Assembly (NCBI GenBank): GCA_947626825.1
Contig: CANQTM010000004.1
Span: forward strand, 10,074-74,073
DNA: 64,000 nucleotides
Direction of reading: 5' to 3'
Source: an uncultured Bacilli bacterium
GTDB lineage: Bacteria; Bacillota_I; Bacilli_A; RFN20; CAG-631
Shown one piece after another: positions 57,628-64,000 of the stretch; positions within the stretch are counted from its first letter, which is position 1; each line of letters starts with the position of its first letter. Both the position numbers and the translations under genes were made by a program. The notes beneath the pieces were generated by a model. It made no database searches. It saw only the letters and a list, made by a program, of their open reading frames with translations, and was not told the DNA's origin.

Positions 57628-58758
57628 TTATATCCTCCACCCATTTAAATAAAAATATAAAATTACAAAGATGGTAATAATAATTGCAATAATACCAAAA
57701 ACAATTAAAAAAACTTTTAATTTTGAAATTGGATAATTACCGACAAATTTACCATTTTGACCATTACAAATAAAGTTATATGTTTTGTTTCTAAACATAT
57801 AATGCCCATTATAAATTGGAACAACAATTTGTTTAAATGTTATATTATTAAAATTACTTTGAAATTTTAAATTGCTATATGTGTCTCCTTTAATATTTTT
57901 TATACATTGCAATTTTATTTTTGAAATCATTACTTTTTTAGCTTCTTCAAAGCCAACATTTAAAGGCATTGAAGCTTTTTCTGTATAATATCCCATTAAG
58001 TATTCTTCTTGGTATTTTTCCATTTTATTAAAGTCATAATACATAATGTTATCTATCATATTTTTATATGAATTATTTGTGCCATTTACCAACACATCAT
58101 CAAAATTCAAATTAAAATTACCACTTACAGGAGTCCAATTTATATGTCTTTCTTGAACAAATCTTGTCCCATTTTTTGAATGAATTGTACGTGTTACATA
58201 ATAATAATTCCCTCTCATAGCTGTGTAATGAGTAGAGGAATTTGAATCAAAAGTATAAAAAGGAATATAAAAGCCTGAAAATGATGGCTTAGCTAAACCA
58301 CTTTTAAATTTACCAGGAGCCAGAAATTTACTTTTAATCCATTTTTTAAAACATTGCATAACATCTTTTTCATTTAAAATAAAGGGAATTACACCATTTA
58401 TTTTAATAATTTGTTCTTCTTTATTTTCTTCTATAACCTTATTTGAACCACAAAATGGGCAAGCAGTTGATATACATTTACTATTAATTAAAAACATAGC
58501 GCCACAAGATTCGCAATGAATGCTTCTTTGTAAATAATTAATTGATGTTTCTTCAGATAATTTATTTATTGTGGAAACATAATCTACTTCTTCATCTTGT
58601 AATCGACCTTGTCCTAAAGAAACAATATCAAAAACAGAGCCACAACTTTCACATTGAAGTTTATTTGTCCCAGGAAGAAATTTTAATTTTGAACCACAAT
58701 TAGGACAACTACTATCAACTGTTTCTTCAGATGTTGTATTTGATAAATTATCATCCAT
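57628..58758 (-). CDS. Multi-zinc-ribbon protein with C-terminal TM helix (YdjG-like), function unknown
   Basis: CPNCGS...CESCGS and CESCGA...CPFCGS ribbon pairs; C-terminal hydrophobic helix. Confidence 0.4.
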   Translation of the reverse strand: MDDNLSNTTSEETVDSSCPNCGSKLKFLPGTNKLQCESCGSVFDIVSLGQGRLQDEEVDYVSTINKLSEETSINYLQRSIHCESCGAMFLINSKCISTACPFCGSNKVIEENKEEQIIKINGVIPFILNEKDVMQCFKKWIKSKFLAPGKFKSGLAKPSFSGFYIPFYTFDSNSSTHYTAMRGNYYYVTRTIHSKNGTRFVQERHINWTPVSGNFNLNFDDVLVNGTNNSYKNMIDNIMYYDFNKMEKYQEEYLMGYYTEKASMPLNVGFEEAKKVMISKIKLQCIKNIKGDTYSNLKFQSNFNNITFKQIVVPIYNGHYMFRNKTYNFICNGQNGKFVGNYPISKLKVFLIVFGIIAIIITIFVILYFYLNGWRI

Positions 58759-58827
58759 ATTTTTCTTCCCTCCTTAAGCAAAATAAACTGCAACTTTTAA
58801 TGTTGCAGCATAATTAAATAAACAAAT

Positions 58828-59943
58828 TTATAATTTTTCACCACAATATGGACAAAATTTCGTTCCAGCTGGGATTGTTTTTGAGCATTTTGGACAAGTA
58901 ATTTCTTTAACTTCTTGACTTGCTCCACATTCAGGACAAAACTTAACATTTTTATTTATTAAAGTATGACATTTTACACATGGAACTTTTTCAACAACTA
59001 AAGATTTACCACATTCAGGACAAAACTTAGATGTGCTTGGAACGCTACTATTACAATGTGGACAGATAACTTTTGTTTGATTTTGATTATTTAAATTATT
59101 AGCCATCATTGATGAAACGCCAATACCAAGTCCAATGCCAGCACCAGCACCACCAATTCCATTTGGATTCTTAGCGGCCTCTTCCATTGCATTAGCCGCT
59201 TTATATTGTGTATAACTATTCATATTACCTAAGACATTAATTGAAGATTTTTGATCTATAGCTTTTTCAACTTCATTTGGTAATGATATATTTTCAATAA
59301 TAACTTCTGCGACTTTCAAACCAAGAGTTTTTAATTTTTCATTTAATTTTTCTTTAGTTCCTACACCTATTTCATTATATTTAGTTGGAATATCTAAAAC
59401 AGGTATTTTTTGTTCAGATAAGAAATCAGTAAAAGAAGAAACAAGCATTGATTTACTATATTCAGTAATTGAACTAACACGATATTTTTCAGCAGTGCCA
59501 AAAACTTCTTTTAAGAAAATAGCAGCATCTTCAACTTGTAAAGAATATGTACCATAAGCTCTTATTCTAACAACACCAAATTCTTGATCTCTTAAAGCAA
59601 AAGGATTTGAAGTTCCCCATTTACAACCTTGAAATTGTCTAGTATTAACAAAATAAACTTCTGATTTAAATGGTGAATTAAAGCCATATTTCCATGATTG
59701 TAATTTAGTTAAAATAGGTAAATTTTCTGTAACTAATTTATATCTTCCAAGACTAAAAACATCAGCAATTTGTCCCTCATTAACAAAAATTGCAACTTGT
59801 GATTCTCTTACTATTAATTGTGCACCATTTTTAATTTCTTTACCATCAACAGGATAACGATAAACCATTAAATCAAGAGCATTATCATTAGTCCATTCTA
59901 TAACATTTAAAACTTGATTTTTAAAAAATCCCATAGGTTCCAC
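58828..59943 (-). CDS. SPFH/band-7 domain protein with three C-terminal zinc ribbons (YdjI-like)
   Basis: N-terminal SPFH-like region; C-terminus CPHCNS..CPECGK, CVKCHT..CPECGA, CPKCSK..CPYCGE. Confidence 0.5.
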   Translation of the reverse strand: MEPMGFFKNQVLNVIEWTNDNALDLMVYRYPVDGKEIKNGAQLIVRESQVAIFVNEGQIADVFSLGRYKLVTENLPILTKLQSWKYGFNSPFKSEVYFVNTRQFQGCKWGTSNPFALRDQEFGVVRIRAYGTYSLQVEDAAIFLKEVFGTAEKYRVSSITEYSKSMLVSSFTDFLSEQKIPVLDIPTKYNEIGVGTKEKLNEKLKTLGLKVAEVIIENISLPNEVEKAIDQKSSINVLGNMNSYTQYKAANAMEEAAKNPNGIGGAGAGIGLGIGVSSMMANNLNNQNQTKVICPHCNSSVPSTSKFCPECGKSLVVEKVPCVKCHTLINKNVKFCPECGASQEVKEITCPKCSKTIPAGTKFCPYCGEKL

Positions 59944-60088
59944 CTACCTTCTTGTCAAAATAATTATACTTAAAAAGTATAAAATTAGCAACTATAACAA
60001 AAAATGGATTTATTTTTTTATTTAAAAACTAAAAAGGATATCACATTTATCAAATTAAAGTGACATCCATTGTTTAGTAAGTTAATAA

Positions 60089-60694
60089 CTAATTTAAACT
60101 TTTATTAATTTTTTTTGATTTTTCTGATTTAACTAAATATTTAAACAAAACATTAACTAGACTAATAAAAATTGCAAAACCATAAAGTATATAGATATGT
60201 TTTTTATTATCTGTTGTAGCTGTTATTAATTCAGTTTGAGAAAATTGATTAATTGCATAATTAGTATAAATTGCAAATAAAATGATATTTATTATTACTA
60301 ATCCTAAAGTTGCTTCTAGCCTAAATGGAATTAATTGAGCAATTAAAACTAAAGATAAACATATTATCATAACAATGACTAAAACTTTTAAATTTTTAGC
60401 TGCAGCTAATGTGGCATCAGTAAATATATTAGCATCTAAAAAGGCACTAGATTTATTAGATGTTTCAATAAAATTATTGCCAAATCGATAAATTCCCATT
60501 AAGTTTGTATCAAATGGTTTTCCGCTTGTCATCTTAAAAATTTCAATTTGAGCATTTTCACCAATAAACATTGCATTTTTAAATAAAAATATAGTTGCTA
60601 CTACTAATAAAGTTAAAGTTATTATATGTAAAACTACTTTAATAACATTAGAAAAATTTCTTAAATATTGCATAAATGCACCATCTTTCCTCAA
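60089..60694 (-). CDS. Hypothetical membrane protein
   Basis: Four hydrophobic segments; no motifs. Confidence 0.35.
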   Translation of the reverse strand: MRKDGAFMQYLRNFSNVIKVVLHIITLTLLVVATIFLFKNAMFIGENAQIEIFKMTSGKPFDTNLMGIYRFGNNFIETSNKSSAFLDANIFTDATLAAAKNLKVLVIVMIICLSLVLIAQLIPFRLEATLGLVIINIILFAIYTNYAINQFSQTELITATTDNKKHIYILYGFAIFISLVNVLFKYLVKSEKSKKINKSLN

Positions 60695-60723
60695 TAATAT
60701 CGATATAATTATAAATTATTCCC

Positions 60724-61395
60724 TTAAGTTTGTAAATCAATACTATTTATATTTTGATCTTTGTCAATTGTATAAATTTCATAAGTACAATTACCAATAA
60801 AATCTAAACATATTAAAACAATATCCTTTTTTCCTTTTTTAAATATTGTTTTTGACATAATCTTTTTAATATAAAATATCGGATTAACAAAATTGGTTAT
60901 TGTTCTAAAAATTTTATATGATTTATATAAAAATCTCACAATTTTTTTATTATAAATAGTCATTACAGGTTTAGCAATATTTTCTTCAATTGATAAAATA
61001 GTAGATACATGTACATTTTTTAAATTATTACATAATGGATGGTTAATAAATTTATTTAATTTGCCATGTAAAATCATAATGCCACCCAATATTTCATTTA
61101 TAGATAATTCATAAAGTGGAAATTTTTTATCAGGATAACATTGTGAAGAAACTTCATTAATTTCATAAACTAAAGAACTAATAATTTTATCTTTCATATG
61201 TTCTTGTTTTAAATAGAAATCATTATAAGCACGTTTAGATATTTCTCTAATTTTATCATCTTTATTATATTTTGATAAAACATGAGCTAAAATGGCACTT
61301 GCTATCATGGCCATTAAAATAAAGCCAAAAAGAATGCCAAACAATAAATTTATAACATTAAAAAATGTTAAACCAAATGTTAGGTTATTATTCAT
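60724..61395 (-). CDS. Hypothetical protein with N-terminal TM helix
   Basis: ORF overlaps the upstream gene by 8 nt (operon). Confidence 0.35.
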   Translation of the reverse strand: MNNNLTFGLTFFNVINLLFGILFGFILMAMIASAILAHVLSKYNKDDKIREISKRAYNDFYLKQEHMKDKIISSLVYEINEVSSQCYPDKKFPLYELSINEILGGIMILHGKLNKFINHPLCNNLKNVHVSTILSIEENIAKPVMTIYNKKIVRFLYKSYKIFRTITNFVNPIFYIKKIMSKTIFKKGKKDIVLICLDFIGNCTYEIYTIDKDQNINSIDLQT

Positions 61396-62227
61396 CTAAA
61401 TCACCTACCATTTCTTTATGTTTATTTTTGCTTAAAGCCTTTTTTTGTTCTTTTGAAATCTTTTTTAATTCTTTTTTTGTCAAATCATTAAATGTTAAAT
61501 CTTGACCACTATATAAACGATTAATGTCTTCTCCTATAGCATCAATTATTTCTTCAAATTCATTATTTATAATATTACCACCTATTTTAGAAGCCATCTT
61601 TTTACTTGCTTTAAAAATTTTTCCTTTCATTTTAGTAAATAAATTTGTTTTTTGAACTTTTTTTTCTTCTAAATTTTCTGGTTTTTTATTTTTCTCAATC
61701 ATTTCAAAAATGAAAGAAATTTTTTTGTCTTTTAAAGAATAATTCGTCAAAGCATTGACAAAATGAAATCTTTCTTCTAAAAGATTATCAATGATGAAAT
61801 TGATTCTAGCTGTCGCATAAGATAAAAAATCAACCAATCTTTCTAAAGATATTTCAAACATTGGATCTTTTGAGGTTGGAAAATATAAAGCGGCTATAGA
61901 ATTCATCATATCTAAAATTATTTTACCCATTCCAGTCATTTTTTCTTTAATAGGTAAACTTTTATATACATGAATAAAAACATCTTTATTAGATTGCACT
62001 ACCCCTTTATATTCATCTTTAATCACAATATTTTTTTCAATAATTTTTTGTTTGATTTTTTTCTTTGGTCTAGAAAGTAAAGCTATTATTAAAATAATAA
62101 GCAAAAATAAAATAATTCCTATTCCTAAACCTATTGCAAAGAAAATAAGATTAGGAATTGAACCTGAAAATTTATCATTTAAATAATTTAGAAAATCAGA
62201 AAATATTGATAATATCATTTTGCCCAT
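61388..62227 (-). CDS. Hypothetical protein with N-terminal TM helix and Lys-rich C-terminus
   Basis: ORF; no motifs. Confidence 0.35.
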   Translation of the reverse strand: MGKMILSIFSDFLNYLNDKFSGSIPNLIFFAIGLGIGIILFLLIILIIALLSRPKKKIKQKIIEKNIVIKDEYKGVVQSNKDVFIHVYKSLPIKEKMTGMGKIILDMMNSIAALYFPTSKDPMFEISLERLVDFLSYATARINFIIDNLLEERFHFVNALTNYSLKDKKISFIFEMIEKNKKPENLEEKKVQKTNLFTKMKGKIFKASKKMASKIGGNIINNEFEEIIDAIGEDINRLYSGQDLTFNDLTKKELKKISKEQKKALSKNKHKEMVGDLDE

Positions 62228-62364
62228 CCATTATTTTAATCATTTTTATTATACACTTAGAGAAAAAAAGTATAAAGTAAATTATTTATAATATAATTTA
62301 GTTAGTTCAATTGACTTGATAAAAAATTTGTTTTAATATTATTGATGTAAAGGACGTGTTCATT

Positions 62365-63204
62365 ATGGAAAAATATACTAAATTATATCCAAATTTTAAG
62401 AAAAAAGCAGTTACATTTAGTTTTGATGATGGTGTTTATCAAGATGTGGAAATGATTAATATTTTAAACTTTTTTCACATGAAAGGAACATTTAATTTAA
62501 ATTCAAAAATAATGCATGATAATAGTGCATTTACTATGAATAATTGGTTAAAAAATTGTCGAATTTCCAAAAATAATATTAATTTTGTTTATCAAAATCA
62601 CGAAATTGCTGGTCACACTTCAACACATACAGATTTTAAAAATCTAAATGATAAATTACTAAAAGAAGAAATTGATGATGATATTAAAAATTTAAAAAAA
62701 ATCACTAAAAGAAACATTATTGGTTTTGCATATCCTTATGGAATTTACAATCAACAAATTATTCAAAGATTAAAAGATAACAATATTTTATATGCACGTA
62801 GTATTGAATCTACTTTTAATTTTAACCTTCCAACCGATTGGTACACTTATGGAGGAACATGTACAATTTCAGATAATAAATTCCCATCTTTAGTTAAAAG
62901 ATGGTTAAAACTACAACCAAAAAATTTAAAAATATTTTATATTTGGGGACATTCATATGAACTTGATATGTTTCATGAACATGAAAAAATTTTTAAACTT
63001 TATGAAATGTTAGCTAACAAAGAAGATACTTGGTATGCCACAAATGGCGAAATAGTTACATATTTAAAAGCTTTTGAAAAATTAAAATATTCAAATAAAA
63101 ACCACACTTTTAAAAATAATTCAAAATATGATTTATATATTAATTATCATAATCAAAATTATATTATTAAAAAAGGAAATTCTTTAAAAATATGTCAAAA
63201 TTAA
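62365..63204 (+). CDS. Polysaccharide deacetylase (CE4) family protein
   Basis: VTFSFDDGV motif; HSYEL. Start set at ATG after AAAGGACG; the track starts at GTG 62356. Confidence 0.55.
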   Translation: MEKYTKLYPNFKKKAVTFSFDDGVYQDVEMINILNFFHMKGTFNLNSKIMHDNSAFTMNNWLKNCRISKNNINFVYQNHEIAGHTSTHTDFKNLNDKLLKEEIDDDIKNLKKITKRNIIGFAYPYGIYNQQIIQRLKDNNILYARSIESTFNFNLPTDWYTYGGTCTISDNKFPSLVKRWLKLQPKNLKIFYIWGHSYELDMFHEHEKIFKLYEMLANKEDTWYATNGEIVTYLKAFEKLKYSNKNHTFKNNSKYDLYINYHNQNYIIKKGNSLKICQN

Positions 63205-63914
63205 AAAAAATAAAAAACAATGTTAAAAAAACTAGATTTTTTTGGTTATATTATATTTTGGGAGCTATTGCTATAATAATTTCTATTTTATTTGCCCCAT
63301 TTTGGAAAGAAATAAACACTAATATTCCTATGGCATATTGGTATGAATATTGTTTAGGCCTTTTAATTGGAATCAGTATTTTTATTTATATTTTTACTAT
63401 TTTACTAAGGCGAATTAAAAGCCCAGGTCATGGGAAAGTTATTAGAGTATTAATGGGATTAGAATTTGCATTTATGGTAGTTTTAGCTACATTTTGCATT
63501 TTAGAATCTGTTTTACATGAAAATGAACAATTTAGATTCTTTAATACTTTAGAAATTTTATCATTTGTTATTTGGATAAGAGGATTTGTTGAAATTATAA
63601 ATGCTTATTATTATGAAAAAGAAAGTCAACAAAAATATCCAATATGGTTTTTGATGATTAACATATTTTTGATTTCAGTTGGGCCAATTTTATTTGTAAT
63701 AGGCTTTAAATATCATACAACTATAGATTTAGTTGTTTCATATATTTTTACATTTTTATTATTATTTTTAGGATCATTTTTAATGATTTGGGGCTTTTTA
63801 AGTAGACCAATTAAAATTAATGAAGAAATAGTTGTGGAAGAAACAAAAAATACTAATAATGATGAAGCATTATTAGTAGATGATAAAGAAAAACTACCTG
63901 AAATAAAAGAATAA
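63192..63914 (+). CDS. Hypothetical integral membrane protein
   Basis: Six hydrophobic segments; overlaps the upstream gene (operon). Confidence 0.4.
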   Translation: MSKLKKIKNNVKKTRFFWLYYILGAIAIIISILFAPFWKEINTNIPMAYWYEYCLGLLIGISIFIYIFTILLRRIKSPGHGKVIRVLMGLEFAFMVVLATFCILESVLHENEQFRFFNTLEILSFVIWIRGFVEIINAYYYEKESQQKYPIWFLMINIFLISVGPILFVIGFKYHTTIDLVVSYIFTFLLLFLGSFLMIWGFLSRPIKINEEIVVEETKNTNNDEALLVDDKEKLPEIKE

Positions 63915-64000
63915 TTTAAATTATTTATATTTTATTAAAATAATTAATAGCTTAAATAATATCTTTTTATTTTTAAAAGAAAGCCTATTAAGATTTGCTA

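Noticed and set aside
1-64000. CRISPR arrays
   Set aside because: No series of regularly spaced identical 25-40-bp direct repeats was found. The only tandem repeats (8376-8469) are three degenerate units within a promoter region.

Overview
This is a very AT-rich Firmicutes/Mollicutes-like chromosomal segment under the standard genetic code. Most of it is housekeeping core: HIT/methyltransferase genes, an rplU-prp-rpmA-obg ribosomal operon, rpsD, glnS, birA-bioY, pfkA-pyk-glcK-coaX, dnaB(DnaD-like)-dnaI, coaE-mutM-polA, dnaE, ispG, nfo, a DEAD-box helicase and a MarR-controlled heterodimeric ABC exporter. The non-core content sits mainly at 6.1-13.1 kb. There a tRNA (manually folded as Gly-CCC) is followed by a terminator hairpin and a 3' remnant of an ISL3-family IS (transposase C-terminus plus terminal inverted repeat). 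Four tandem, diverged paralogous AAA+ ATPases of the AAA_14/DUF4143 (COG1373-like) type follow, and a ~38-bp nested-palindrome repeat occurs 3 times intact and once degenerate, flanking the individual ATPase genes. Directly downstream are an AbrB/MazE-like small regulator and an ABC-2 transporter. Other notable items: a glutamine-dependent NAD+ synthetase whose N-terminus carries an in-frame Phd/YefM antitoxin-like domain, convergent with and overlapping a Sir2 deacylase gene; a DnaI helicase-loader homolog whose Walker A/B motifs appear degenerate; a C-terminal ABC-ATPase gene remnant; a 1206-aa lipoprotein built from three homologous modules; a YdjG/YdjI-like SPFH/zinc-ribbon cluster with three unknown membrane proteins; and the N-terminal 471 aa of an RHS/YD-repeat protein running off the window start. 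That RHS reading frame is not in the supplied ORF track. Non-ORF coordinates are from manual reading and may be off by 1-2 nt.
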